A stretch of DNA of 59,274 bases, the filler included, from Sphacelaria rigidula (lineage: Eukaryota), in the NCBI GenBank assembly GCA_964200075.2. It is 10 parts of 10 records of this genome, joined end to end, with 100 filler letters (N's around TTAATTAATTAA, not from the genome) between each part and the next. Parts side by side here need not be neighbours in the genome. Positions count along the whole stretch, not along the records: positions 1 to 5,838 come from CAXNAA020024068.1; positions 5,939 to 11,776 come from CAXNAA020024069.1; positions 11,877 to 17,714 come from CAXNAA020024070.1; 7 more parts are not named here. One strand, written 5' to 3'. The notes under the pieces are model-generated. The model worked only from the letters and a program-made list of their open reading frames with translations. It was not told the origin of the DNA and made no database searches. Positions 1 through 12,896 of this stretch are shown here, one piece after another. Position 1 is the stretch's first letter. Each line of letters opens with the position of its first letter. A program made the position numbers and the translations under genes.

Positions 1-65
1 CCCCCCCCCCCCACCAGCAAAATAGATCTTACTTAAAAGGAAGAAGAGAAAAAAAAAAAGAGGAA

Positions 66-99
<34 letters not shown>

Positions 100-123
100 G
101 GATACCCGGAAAAGCGAACCCAC

Positions 124-3100
124 CTGATGGGCAACATTAACCATCCATTCCAAACAAGAGCACACGGCAGCCCGGACTTCTCCGTGCCAGTAATCCACCT
201 GCTTTCAACAGAAGCGGGGGAAGCGGGGATTACTTCACTACTTCAGTGCAAACTTGATGTTCAAGGGGAAAATGAGTATTATCGGGACACGAGACTACCA
301 TATCAAAACTTTGAAACGCCGTGTCATATCTTCGACCTCCATAGTCACAATAATAACTGTAGTAACCCTACTAGCCACTGGTCACACCGCAAACCTGAGC
401 CAAGTGTCGCGCCCCACCCCTTCCTCCCCATGGAAAACAAAACAAACGCAAAATTACACCTGCCAACACCATACAGCTGATGGTGGAGGGAAACGCAAAA
501 AATTCAACTCGCCTGTCCTGTGAGGGTTTCCATGGCCAGAGGCAGATGCGGGTAGAACGCTTTGGGGGCATGTTCCGCCAGCGAACCCAAGGCCACCAGA
601 GCAGCCTTTTTTTTATCAAAGACCGACGTACGGATGTTCGCGAATGATCCAGCCAAGTCCTGCAGGGTGACAGGGGATCACCATGTCGGAAATGCGAGTT
701 GCATAACAGAAGTAAGCATAAGTAACACGCATACCTCGTATCCAGAGGCGCAGAGGCGTCAGTTGCTCACGGAAAAAAAAGTTTTAGTCTCCGAGTATAG
801 AAAAGCAGACGATGAACCATTACTCTTTCACTACTCACAAGTCCTCCGTCATCACGATCATGAATCTCCAAAGAGGGGGGTTGGAACAATTGGATAACCA
901 TTTGGGGGTTTTCTGCTTGGGGAGAGGAGCGGGGTTCTTAGAAACCGCACGAGCACAGCTGACTGTCAGCAAGAAGGACGGAAAAACTACCACTTGACCC
1001 ACATCCGAATCTTCGTCCTCGTCGTCGATATCTCCGATATCTCCAAAGCCATTGGCATTGTCGTCCTCCTCCTCATCGGAATCTCCATCCAGAGGGCTGC
1101 CGTCCGATTCCTATTTCGTCGCGTGAAGAACAAACAGCAGTGAGCAACTTCTCCCTCTAGTTCAACATTATACATAGAAGAAATAGAAAATACCAGCACA
1201 ACAACAGGAGCTCCCTTCGCGACGTTGGGTATGAGAGATGAAAGTGGTGAAACAGTCACTCCCTTCCCTCCCCCGTATACTTTCCTAAGCTGCTGGGCGT
1301 CGCTTACTTCGAAACAAAGCTCGGTTCTGTCGAGGACGCGTCGCGCACGATCGAAGAACTAGAGCACGCCAACAACAACGGCAACACCATCAGCCACTCG
1401 CGAGTACACGAGTGGGTGAATAAATGACTGCAAATACAATGCTCAAAAATTATCGACGCCCTCTCGACACGTGTGGAGAAAAGGCCGCGGTTTCAAGAGA
1501 AAAAAAAAAACATTTCTGCCCCAAAGTCTCTTCTCCGTGCAGTTTAGACGTGACCTGCTAGCGGTGTCGTGGTTAGACCGTGAGACACACTCAAGAGATG
1601 GATAAAACGAATTTCATCCGCTGAGGGATGAAGCATGAGAAAAATATCAGGCGGACCGTTTCACCCGGTTGGACCATTCGAATACGAGATAGAGTGAACG
1701 TTTTTGTGCTGCCCTCTTCAAGGAGTTGCGCGTTCAAAAACCAGACGACAAAAGGAGGAAGAGGCACTATCTGCAAACCTCTTCACGACAGGGGGGCAGC
1801 AGCGCTATTTATTTTCCTAGCTCGAGCTTCAGCCAGACTAGAGACACACTCATTTGTGTCACACAGACGACAAGAAATCACATTTGTTATACAGGCCAAG
1901 ATCAAGAAAAGGAGAAGAACCAACTGCTTCGGTCGGACGAATGATGATTCCTCTGCGAATTACTCACTTCTAGTTTGGACTGATTCGTACGGTACGAATG
2001 AACCCTTAGCGCATGCTTTCAGCGCTGCATCCCCATCACGCGCACCCTAGGCACGCGGAATGGCGCATATTTTGCGTTTGAGACCTTTGAGATCCGTCGT
2101 CAATTCCATATATATATATATATATATATATATTTAAAAAAAAAATATATATATATATATATATCCCAGTATCTACCAAGCAGGCAATAGGAATCGTACA
2201 AATAGTGATTCGAACCAGCGATGATCCGTCCAGCGCTTGAACAACTGATAGTGGAGACGCAAGAATCGGAGCCGTTACGACAGAAGTCACATCGGGGGGG
2301 GGACATAAAAGACCGCACGATAATTCAGAGTTGTACCTGTATTTCCTTGAGGAGGTGAGGAGCGAGCCTCTCGACGTGCACGCTCATGTCCTCCTCCAAA
2401 ACCTTGGCCAGGTTGGCGAAAAAAGTGTAGCTGTATTCATGCAGTTCTGTGCAGTCGAACGAGAGCCCCTGCTCTGCTTGTCTGTTCAATAATTTCCGAA
2501 AGGAGGAAAAACGGAAAGGGCGTGGAGGTGGACGGAGTCTCAAACTGCTCAGAACAAGTGGAAACAATATTTCGGGTGCCGCAGCGCTTCTATCGCTGAC
2601 ATCTCGGAGATCTTTACCGAAGGATGGGCACCTGTCTATTAAAATGGAGTTACAAACATTTGCGCACCGATGGTGAATATTGGATTCGAATGGGATGCTC
2701 TGTAGGAGACTACTCCGTAGCCAAAGGGTTGAGGATAGGCCAAGGTGTAGTAGGTACTCACGCTATGCACGGCTCGACGTAAGGCTTGAAGTTCTCTTTT
2801 CCGACGGCTATCGCCACATGACCCATGCACTCCAGCGCTCGTCCTCTCAGCTGTAACGCGACAACGCATAAAATGACAACAACAACACGTCAAATTGATG
2901 CCGACAGACATGGGTTACGAAACCCATACTACCTCTGAGCGAACAAATGGAAAATCCCCATCGGGGGTACGTGCATGATTTTGCGTGTGGAACAAGACAC
3001 GATCATTTGCGTCAACTGCCAACAAATATTTGTGCTCGCTTACCTCCAAAAAAAACTATGGACGGGAGTCGGAAACGGCCGTACACACACACAAGTGTGA

Positions 3101-5157
3101 AATAGATTACGCGAGAAATGAAACCGGATTTGGACCAAGAAAAAATATTTCACGTACAAGGTGGGATTACACAACAAATCGTTTGCCAACACCATCTTCT
3201 GACTCGAGTGATCGATTGTCTCACATCAAGTCGTGCGCTTCGAATCCAGCCGTCATCACAACATAGATATCGGTATCGCCGGTTGAGAGAAGAAAACGGC
3301 ACAAGACATGTTTCAGTGGAGAAAAACTCGAGCAAAAAAGGAAGCGAGAAAGTGAAAGTGAAAGAAAAAATCAGAATTAAAATTGAATGAAACAAACTGA
3401 GACAGACAGACAGACAGACAGACGTTAGGCTGAAAGGTGAATCCGCACATTGAGCATCTTCTCTTCTTGCAGGGTCATTAGCGGGCCGAGCATGTTGCAC
3501 GTGGTGGCCATGTAGGGCAGAAAGCTCTCCCCGGCCGACACCGCAGTAGCCGCGATAGCAGCAACAGACATTTCCTGCACAATCACGTTGCACCGCAACC
3601 AGTGAGAGGGTAAAGGAGAAAAACAAAAACAACAAAAACAACCAACAAGTGATCAACACAAGCACTGAATAAGGAAAAAAGGCGAGCACTGCAGAAAAAT
3701 ATGGCGAAATAGAACACGAAAAAAAAAAAAACTTCTGTGTTGGCCTTTCTCCTGGGTAACCCCGGCTGATGCGCCTACATAGAACGAAAAGTGTAGCCCG
3801 GCGTCCAACATAAATGGAACGACAACAAACAACACAGCAAAACATCATTTCAATCTACAAGTGAGCCAACCGCTCGTCAAATAAACGTTACCAGTCTTCC
3901 ATCATGTAGCGAGAGTGCAACAACAACAAGGCGGAAACCAACACCAACTCCCACCGAAGACACACACACACTCGAGTCACACCACTCTTCACCGTCTCTC
4001 CTCAGAGCTAATAAATCTTGAAACGCATCACCAGCAATGACAACAACGACAACGACAGCGATAACTCTGTCCCACTACACTGCGCCTCTGACTGACCTTC
4101 ACACCCCTCTTCGGTGTCTGGAGCATTTGCACCAAGCGTGTCATGAGGGGCTCCAGGAAAGGAAGCACGGTCTCGGGCTCCAAATTCTCGGTGAACATTT
4201 CCAGCACGTAGCACGACACCCCCTTTTCGCAATCGACACAGGAGACACATACAACCCAAAATACACGCCCACAGCAAAAACGATGTGACGCGACGAAACA
4301 ACAAAACACACGTACAAGTGAGCGGGGTTATGCATGCCGTGAAGCAAAACCAGAAATTGACATAGGGGGGGGGGGGGTCATGGCGTACAGTGTACAGGAC
4401 CGTACGGTACATTATAACTTCTCACACACAACCTCAAGAGCGTACAGTGTTTCATCACCTGATTGATTGGTTGTCACACTTCAACTGAACCCCCAGGGGT
4501 CCAGCCGTGGTCACATCACCTCGGCAAAAACTACTCACAATTTTCAAAACTGGTATTATGAAGCTAGGTCTTTACGTGTCAAGACACCGATGAGTGAAGA
4601 GTCCCTTCCTTCCTGCATCAGCCTCATATCTTTTATTGGAACGATTAAAACGAGTGTCGTACTGATGTAGAGGTCAGTTGGCATAGGCTCGTTTTCGGGC
4701 ATCTTGCTGTCCTCCAAATTTTCGACCAAAATGACGTCAAAGTTCTTTACCATGCGAGGACGAATAGTGGCGGTAATGGAAAGGTTAGCCTTCTTCTGTG
4801 ACCGCGGGTTCGAGAGATCGAGCTCATGTGTGAGATCTTTATAAAAATTAGCTCTTACCATTCGCTGCCCATCACTACTGAGTCATTGGACAGGACTACA
4901 TGTGGAGAGAAGTCATGCGGGATTCGTTTCGTTCACTCGTTTCCTGCCCACAAGCAGAAGGAGAAGCTTTTGGACAGGAGAGCTTTTCTACTGTCCGTCA
5001 TCACCTTGACGTTGTCTGTGGCATCGTCGAGCAGTCGGAATACGATGGGCAGCACCTCCTCGCTGTGGTCCAATATTTCCGGCTGACAGTGCTCCGCGAA
5101 CTGCCCAAGGCAGAAGCACGAGCACTCCCGCACGTGCGGACTGGGGTCGAGCGCCAG
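124..5157 (-). CDS. IPO4: Importin-4-like karyopherin beta (HEAT-repeat nuclear import receptor); internal fragment, 8 exons, about 323 aa, truncated by both contig ends
   Basis: Exons in transcript order: 5157-5005, 4222-4097, 3574-3449, 2850-2762, 2481-2337, 1110-1003, 659-513, 198-124. All have AG acceptors and compatible phases; donors are GT except GC at 512-511. Spliced peptide: LALDPSPHVRECSCFCLGQFAEHCQPEILDH...GVSCYVLEMFTENL...EMSVAAIAATAVSAGESFLPY...LRGRALECMGHVAIAVGKENFKPY...ELHEYSYTFFANLAKVL...acidic loop ESDGSPLDGDSDEEEDD...NIRTSVFDKKKAALVALGSLAEHAPKAFYPHL...VDYWHGEVR. These motifs are typical of importin-4/Kap123. Confidence 0.9.
3735..3840 (-). repeat. Interspersed repeat; other copies at 47501-47570 (-) and 49185-49300 (+)
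   Basis: Shared GTGTAGCCCGGCGTCCA...ATGG.ACGACAAC and CTTCTGTGTTGGCC...CCGGCTG blocks. Confidence 0.6.
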
Positions 5158-5694
5158 CTGTGTCGTTTACAATTGATGTTTTCGCCACATGCGGTTCGCC
5201 AAAGCAGCCGGCCGTGGAAAAAAAAAGAAAGAAAAGAAACAGTTGACACTTCGAGTAAAATACAGTTGAGGCAGCAAATCCAAGAGACACCAGTTAGCTG
5301 TGGCGAACAACGTTGCAACCGATACAAAAAAAAACGATGTAACGTTGAAAATACCGTCACCCCCCCCCCCCACACACACACCCGCCCGAAAATTATCGAG
5401 GCAGACGTACATCGTCAACGGTATTACTCGGACCTAAAAAATATTACAATCGCCTGTTCCTTCAACAGGGAAGAAAGAGGAAGAAAAACGGAAAAAGTGA
5501 GGGGACGAGAAAATCGTATGACCCCTTGAAAATCCGGATCTTTGCATTCTCACTCTCAGTTGTTCATTTCGAGTCCATGGTAAGACAATGTAAAACCTTC
5601 GTGCACCTTCATGACCCATCCATACTCGCCACCACTTACAGCGGCGCCTTACGGTACGGACATTATTGTGGTCACATTATCGAGGCGAGCAAAG

Positions 5695-5838
5695 AGGGGG
5701 GGGTGTACTCATGGCCATGCATGCCATAGTCATCTGACCATTGACATCGCGTCCCTACAATGCCGGGACGGAGCACGCCGGGTTTTCGCCCGACCAGGCG
5801 CGAACTCGATCACCGAGCGCGAAGAGCCGTGGGGTGTC
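5695..5838 (-). mobile_element. 3' end of a related LINE subfamily; other copies at 23753-23815 (+) and 47177-47400 (-)
   Basis: Shared GGGGTGTACTCATG(g/a)...CATAGTCA...TTGAC.TCGC.TCCCTA, similar to the LINE ORF2 end at 32015-32080. All three copies run into contig ends. Confidence 0.65.
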
Positions 5839-5938
5839 NNNNNNNNNNNNNNNNNNNNNNNNNNNNNNNNNNNNNNNNNNNNTTAATTAATTAANNNNNN
5901 NNNNNNNNNNNNNNNNNNNNNNNNNNNNNNNNNNNNNN
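5839..5938. other. Artificial contig linker (44 N + TTAATTAATTAA + 44 N); also at 11777, 17715, 23653, 29590, 35527, 41464, 47401 and 53338, each 100 nt
   Basis: The identical spacer, which has stops in all six frames, occurs nine times and separates segments of 5838 or 5837 bp. Confidence 0.98.
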
Positions 5939-6642
5939 GTTTACTCGAACCTCACGACTCACTACTTTAGAGATCTCTTGAACGGTGCATTCTTCCACAA
6001 ATGCGCGCCTGTGGGCCAGCGCGCAACATTGTCCAACATTATTCTGCCATTCCATTCAAGCAACGGGTGGCAGGAATGTTCCAACATGCTACATATGTAA
6101 ACTTTTCGTCTCATCATCGGAACCGGCGCAGCGGACATGTTACGAATAAACTCTCACTCTCGATCGTACTCTCACCGCTCGATTTCACGGAAACACTGTT
6201 GGGTTTGCCGGTAGGATTTTGCACCAATGTGCGAGGTAAGCGTTTTGTCCATTAATAATGCAGACACTCTCCGCCGCTGAAAGCCATAAGAGCCTACTCT
6301 CAATCGTATCGTAAATTCTCAATCTCACGAAAACATTGTTAGCTGTAGATTGCGTGCTGCCAAGATATCTTGCTGCATGACCATGCCTCTGTATTGTCGA
6401 CATTGGGCCTGAACTATATGAGTACGATTGTGACATGTTTTCTCGATGGCCACACTCGAGGACAGGCGCGTCGGCGCTTGCTCCAGTCGAGCCACCCGTG
6501 CTTGGATATTTTCACCTTACAATTAGGACCATCTTCCGCGCCTGAAACCCTTAATATAATTCATCATCTTCCATTTGCATCATGACGTATAATCATTTTC
6601 TAATACAAGCAGTAGTCTGTACCAGGTCATCAAAACGTTTGG

Positions 6643-8150
6643 AGGCTGGGTCTGCGCGAGCGCAAACCAGAGCCGAGGGCGAGATGTGGCCTTCGAAAAA
6701 TTCTGCCTTTCCTTTCGAAAAACCCTCCAAAATCAGTAAAACATGGTTTTAGTACGTGGCACAGGCTGGTTCATGGAAGCCCCCCCAAAAACACGCATCG
6801 GCAAACATTTACGCCGTTTTAAGAAGTTAGACCCTGAAATTTTGCACAGGTGTTTTATGGATCATAAAGCAACTTCGTATGGACGTCGTTTTTTCCTTCA
6901 CTTTTTGACTTTAGTCCACCGTTTTCCCGGGGTCCCAGTTTTTTCGGGGAAAGTTCGATCCAGTCGGACCCCCGTAAAACGGTAAAAACGAAAAAAAAAA
7001 GACACCTCGTCCATAAAAAGATGCGTGATGACCCAGAGCACACCTGTGCGAAATTTCAGTATCTAACTCATGGAAACGGCGTGAAGATTTTCGCGTTTGT
7101 ACGATATACCTTGCCGTGCCACGGTGAAACGGCAAACTACTAGATTTTTGTATGAACATGGCTTTTTTAGGCCTTTTTCGACGTAAACATGAAAATTCAA
7201 GCACCAGTTAATCGAGTTTGGCCGCGAAACTTTGTGGGGTTCTCTCTTGGGTTTTGCGACGGCAGAGCGTTTGCGAAAAAATATTTAAAAATACTGTATT
7301 GCCGGTTTTCCGGGGTCCCAGAATTGACTTCGAAAAAACGACTTGGTTGGATCCCATCGGACCCCCGACAAAAGGTAAAAAATTCAAGACTTCGAAAAAA
7401 CTCTTTGATTGACACTTGCGCAATAGTTCATAGCACATTTGTGCAAGGTTTCAGGGTCTACTTCCCAATAAATGCAAGATTTGCACATTTGTGCGAGGGT
7501 GTGAGCTTAAAACGTGCAAACTCCCAAGGACTTGGTTTGAGAATGAAAATATCTTTCAGGGTGAATTTTACGTCAAGGCAGGAAGCACTGTATGAGATTT
7601 TTTAGTTTCTTCTTCACCAAAAGTTGTACATGTGTTCCTTGGATCATCCTAGGACGCATCATATTATTATTTTTTCTTTTGAGTCATTCTGTACCGCCTT
7701 TCGGGGGTCTTCGTACTGGGACTCCCGGAAGCCGGTATAGAACGGAGAAACTTCGAACCCTTGCCAAGAGCACATTCTTTCCATTTGGAGCATCAATACC
7801 TGCGGAACTGCCAAGTTTGAGGATCATCTGAGCTTTTCAACAATAGATATAAGGGAAATTGTCACGAGGCTCCCTGAGTCTTTCCTGCGTATTTTCATGA
7901 GTGGAAATTAGATGACGCCGAACTCAATATTACCGAAAAATTACGGAAATATGACAGTTTCGGGTGTAATTCTACCCCGTAGGTTTTCAAATCCGTTTCT
8001 CCCGTTTGGTTCTTGAGGTGATGACGGTCACTACGATTTGAAGCATGCGAAGATTCGGTCGAAATTGGGCTTGTGATGGTAAATGACTGAGTGCCCGAAA
8101 CAAAACTAGTTCTTCGGGATATGCCAATGGTTCCTAGAAATGACCAGCGG
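6643..8150. mobile_element. Relative(s) of the AGGCTGG-ended element with an internal imperfect palindrome; right boundary uncertain
   Basis: 6808-7086 is an imperfect palindrome homologous to 36036-36308. 7501-7600 is colinear with 36333-36362 joined to 37412-37480. CCCGGAAGCCGG at about 7723 recurs at about 37633. Confidence 0.55.
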
Positions 8151-10947
8151 GTATGGAAAGATTCTAGTCAAATGTGTGTTTGTATGAGACAGGATTCGAT
8201 CCTTGTATTGTTCACGCAGCGGGTTGAAGGTAAATGGATTGTACCCGATTAGCCGCGTGTACCTGCTGCTACTGCAGCCTTGATTACCTGAAGGTACGGC
8301 GCGTCACGGTGATTTTGTATTATGACGAGATTGTAAGCGGGGCAGACGGACGTATGGGCAGCTGCTCTACCCCCCTGTCGCACTCGAAAACTCCGACTAC
8401 AGTCATCAGGCCTCATTGGATGAAGAAGAGCTTTTACTCATCCTCGACCCACCGATCTCCTGTCTTCAGTGTCGCGAGTTCACAGCTCTGACGTGAGTCT
8501 TAGCAGTGCTGTATTTTTACCCTCATTCACCATTGTTACTTGTTTGCTGGCTTTGGAACTGTTTCCACTTTGACAGCTGGGCTATTGTACTGAGAGAGTG
8601 AAACAACAGTTAGTTTGGGATAGCAAGTCGGAAACAGGACCGCCTGCCCACACCCCACAAGGGTGTGGCTTGCTTGCGTTCGGTATACGGCACTACTGCG
8701 TGCGGTAGTTGCTTATACTACCACAAATGAGGCTTCAGAGGTAGCTTGTTTCATTCAAGCTGTACGGGTTTTCTCTTTCGATCGGCCGCTGCTTACACAC
8801 AGCCAAACACCAGCTCACGGTTTTCTCTCGAAAACCTTGTATTTTCGGCCCTCGTTTTCACTTGATATTTGTGTACATGATTTAGAGTGTAATGCACCAC
8901 GGTTATTACACAGCGTCTTAGACAGCTGTTCTCTCTTTTACTCGGAGTTGAACAGGCATCCCGACTCGAGTTAGCTGCAGGTGTTCGATGTGTCATACAG
9001 TTCTCACGTTGGTTTCAGGCAGTGTCAACCGAAGCATGAAGCGCTCAAGGTACGAGCGCACACGTCAGCCCTCTCTTGCTGCACAAGCATATTCCCCGCA
9101 CCCTGCAGGTCATATCGACGGTATAAGCCAACCCACTGTGGCGAATGCGCTCTCTCTGGCAACGGTTTACACTGCACAGAGAATGCATAGCGTTTTCATG
9201 CACACTCGATCTGAAGTGCCGTGTCCTTTTTCACCCACGGGCGGTTCTCGGATAATAGAGCCGCTCACACGTTCCTTGTTTAGATACGCCCCTCAAGGGT
9301 TCGTAGCTTTTTCACCACCCTTCCGACCACCTGCCCCCGCAAGCGCCCCTGCTCACAGTCCGTCGATTCTGTATCATCCGAATCGACCGAAATGTGTCCA
9401 AATACACGCCGATTTATGCTTGCAGGTAGAGAGTTCGCGGGCTATTTCAATCGCCGCCCGCTGTGCATACGACTTTTCTTGCCCAAACACGGAACGTTGA
9501 GCCACCATGCGCACCGAAGTATATCGATGCGGCATGATGGACCAGGATACGAATGTTGTCTGTACACGAGCATGATTGAACATGGCGATGCGCGAGGCTC
9601 ATGTTACTTGTACACAAGCGCTCGGCTCTGTACTTTTGTTACTTTTGCACGGCCCCAGTGTACACTACAATTTGATTGCCGCCCCACCAACACGCACTAC
9701 AGTACATACTTGGTCGTCCAGAAGGCCACTCACCTTTCCCGTTGAAATATTGTTCCGAATTGAAGTGCTGACGACAGTACAGCACCGTTTCAATTACAAA
9801 TGGTCCCAGCGGGGAATATCTTGCGAACGGTGAGGTGCCGTACTGCAGCATGCATTGGTACTGCTACACTATCTGAACGAAGTCATCTATATTACATTGT
9901 GTATAAGAACACGGCGCGGGCAAAACGTTGTGTCAGATTTTTTTCATGTGATGCGAACAAATTGATATCGTACTGCAATGTTGACCACGCCCGCTGGACC
10001 ACGTGAAGATCATGTGTACTGTAATGTGCCACACAGCATTTCCTTGTCTGGTGCTTTTTATGCTGCTGTCTGCACTGCACTACACATTTGTATTACGGTT
10101 GTACTTGTACATTTATTAACTGTCTACCTGTACGATGCACGTCACCAAGACTCCAAGTCGGCTATTTTCAGTCAACTAGGCGGTGCTGTTATATGAGTAT
10201 CGCCAGCTGCGCTAATATTGCCTCTGGAAATACGATACGGCATCCGACAGTTGTGTTTTTTTTTCTCAACCTCAACATGTTCTCAAGACAGAACTGAGCG
10301 GTTTGACGTTGCGGTTCGCTGCGTTCCACACGTATATCCCTTCATGGCATGCAGGTTGTCCAATGCGCTGTTGCGCTGATGACAGTCACTGTATATGTTG
10401 ATTGTGACAACTTTCGTTTTCTTGTCTCTTTGCTACTACCCTTTGTCCACGAACGCACACACATACGGGTTGTTGTGTGCCTTCGACATAGTTTTTTTTT
10501 TCCTTTTGTCTGCGCCTGATTGAAAAGGTGGTAGACTTCATACATGTGCGGAGTGCGCAGAACAACATGTCGATCGACTGTCGACAGTACCCTGCCACTC
10601 TATTCCTTTATTCTTGTTCACGCCACCTCAGTCCTCAACAACGATGCTCAATTCCACTTCGAAACATTCACTTTTCAACCTCTGCATCTCTACCTCAACG
10701 GTTTGGTGCAATGGCGCACGTGTACAAACCATGTCTGATATCAACCGCCCTTTGACTTCATCGTAGCACGATGTCACGAAGGACGGTGGGCTCCCTACAG
10801 ACAATGGTAAAAACAAGCGTACAGCCAACCCAAATCATGCGTAGTGAGACGGTTGGCAAAAACAAACCGGAACGTTTTGATGTTGATGATAGCGTCGTTG
10901 CAGGACGTCTTTTTAGGGACGAGTGTGGATGAAGACAATCCTCCTCC

Positions 10948-11198
10948 GACACTTTCTACGATAGCCCCCCCCCCCCAAAAGTGCATGGTTTTGGGAGGCA
11001 AAAATTTTACGTAGATCGAAATGGGAAAAGCCGAGCACAACGAGCAGCTGGGAATTCGCACGACTGGGTTCGTTCTAGCCAGTATTGCCAATATGAGGCG
11101 CTTCATGCAGCCTGAACCCAAGCATCAGGCGCTGTATGCTCATTTTTTTCGTGACACTTTTGGCTGGTTTTGGGGGGGGGGCTATCGTAGAAAGTGTC
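10948..11198. mobile_element. 251-bp MITE with a 4-bp TSD
   Basis: TIR GACACTTTCTACGATAG(C)10-12AAAA. TSD CTCC at 10944-10947 and 11199-11202. Confidence 0.8.
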
Positions 11199-12577
11199 CT
11201 CCACATGCTGACCCTAACCCCGTTGGTGCCCACTCCCCTGTACACCAACCAGCCCCTAAAACCGCTGACGGTGTTCCCACTCTTCATTCTCAGACGGCAT
11301 CTCTCCAAGTGAGCTCTGATGCTACGAAAACCTTTCCTACCCATGACCCCCGCACCCAAACCGGTGCTGAACCCCGTAATAGCCCCACTCTGGCTGTTGA
11401 TGACCAGCCCAAGCCAGAACAATCCCCGCCCACGCGTGACGAAGCATATTTTCAGCTCAAGTAAACTTCCCCAGCGCTCACTCCCCCGCGTTGGTACAAC
11501 GTTTCGGTAAATGAACGAAAAAAGTGCTGGGACCAGGTTGATAACAGCAATCTAGCACAGCTTGAATATGCGTTGAGAGAGTTGGAATTTGCCCGCCTCC
11601 AGGCGGGTCAAGAGTCATCCCACGATAGGGGGGGGGGTATTTGGTTGCACTAAAAACAAGGCTCATAAGTGTGTCAGACATCCTTCCACACTTGGGTTGC
11701 GCTTGTATTTGGTTCCGAACGGTGTCAGGCAGTATGGGCGAGCGTCATTGATCCACAACAAGCTTGTTCGAACAACNNNNNNNNNNNNNNNNNNNNNNNN
11801 NNNNNNNNNNNNNNNNNNNNTTAATTAATTAANNNNNNNNNNNNNNNNNNNNNNNNNNNNNNNNNNNNNNNNNNNNCACCCCCTGCGCTCGGCCATTGTC
11901 ATGCTGCTTATTTGCACCTCCATATCCGCGGTGGCGCCATTGATTCTGATCGCTATCAGACGTCACTACCCGATATTTCCCTTCTCGGCTACTGTAAGCG
12001 ACGTGACCACAGCATGATGTCATGTAGAGAAATCATGCGCTAATAGCTTCGATTCGACTAAGGAAGTTCCCGTCGCCTATATTGTCGTTGTGACTCTCCC
12101 CTATCTCACCTCGTCTTCTCCCTCGTTATCTGTACTGTCTACGCGGTCGTCGCCGCCTTCATCATGACTGCTGGCATTTTGTTCCTGGCCTTCCTCGTCC
12201 TCTTCGCCGTATCTATTTTCCTCTACCGCGCTTGCTGCTACCCTCGTCATGGACGCTGCCGCCTTCCAGTCCCTGACGACGACGATCCTCGGATTCGTAG
12301 CCGGCTAGCGTTCGCCCCGCGCTGCTTTGATCGAAGCTCTCGTCAGCTGTTGTGCGTGCCGGTAGGCTGATGGATCACGAGGCCACTCGTCCATTTGTTG
12401 TTTCTCTCTTCCTGTTGAAACCTGTACCGCTTGGAAGCTCTGTCCGGTCATCCCCCTGTACGACGCTGTTTGCGACGGATAATAGTCTAGGTTTTTCCCT
12501 GCCATTCCCGAAGTGCATTGGCCCGTTTTGCTGCGAACATGGCAGGCCTCGCTGAACGTTTCTCCGCACGAGGAATA

Positions 12578-12896
12578 TGCTCCGTGGAATTCCTGTCATC
12601 GTTCTTGTCCACTCCGTGTGGTGTACCATTCACGTTTGAAGTGACCCTCATATCATGTCCCCGGACTCGTGGTATTATCATCAAACTGTTGGCCGTTACA
12701 TGATCGTGATTCGGTTTAAAAGAGACATTACGTGGACTGTGCTCCGTAGAATTTCTGTCATCGCTCTTGTCCACTCCGTGTGGTGTACCGTTCACGTTTG
12801 AAGTGACCCTCATATCATGTCCCCGGACTCGTGGTATTATCATCAAACTGTTGGCCGTTACATGATCGTGATTCGGTTTAAAAGAGACATTACGTG
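12578..12896. repeat. Direct tandem duplication with a 162-bp period (two copies), inside a decayed ORF-like region
   Basis: Copies start at 12578 and 12740 and differ at only a few substitutions. The period equals 54 codons, and a minus-strand frame is open from about 13043 to 12487. Confidence 0.9.

Noticed and set aside
5839..5938. TTAATTAATTAA as a biological site, and ORFs running into the N blocks
   Set aside because: It is an identical assembly linker with stops in all six frames.
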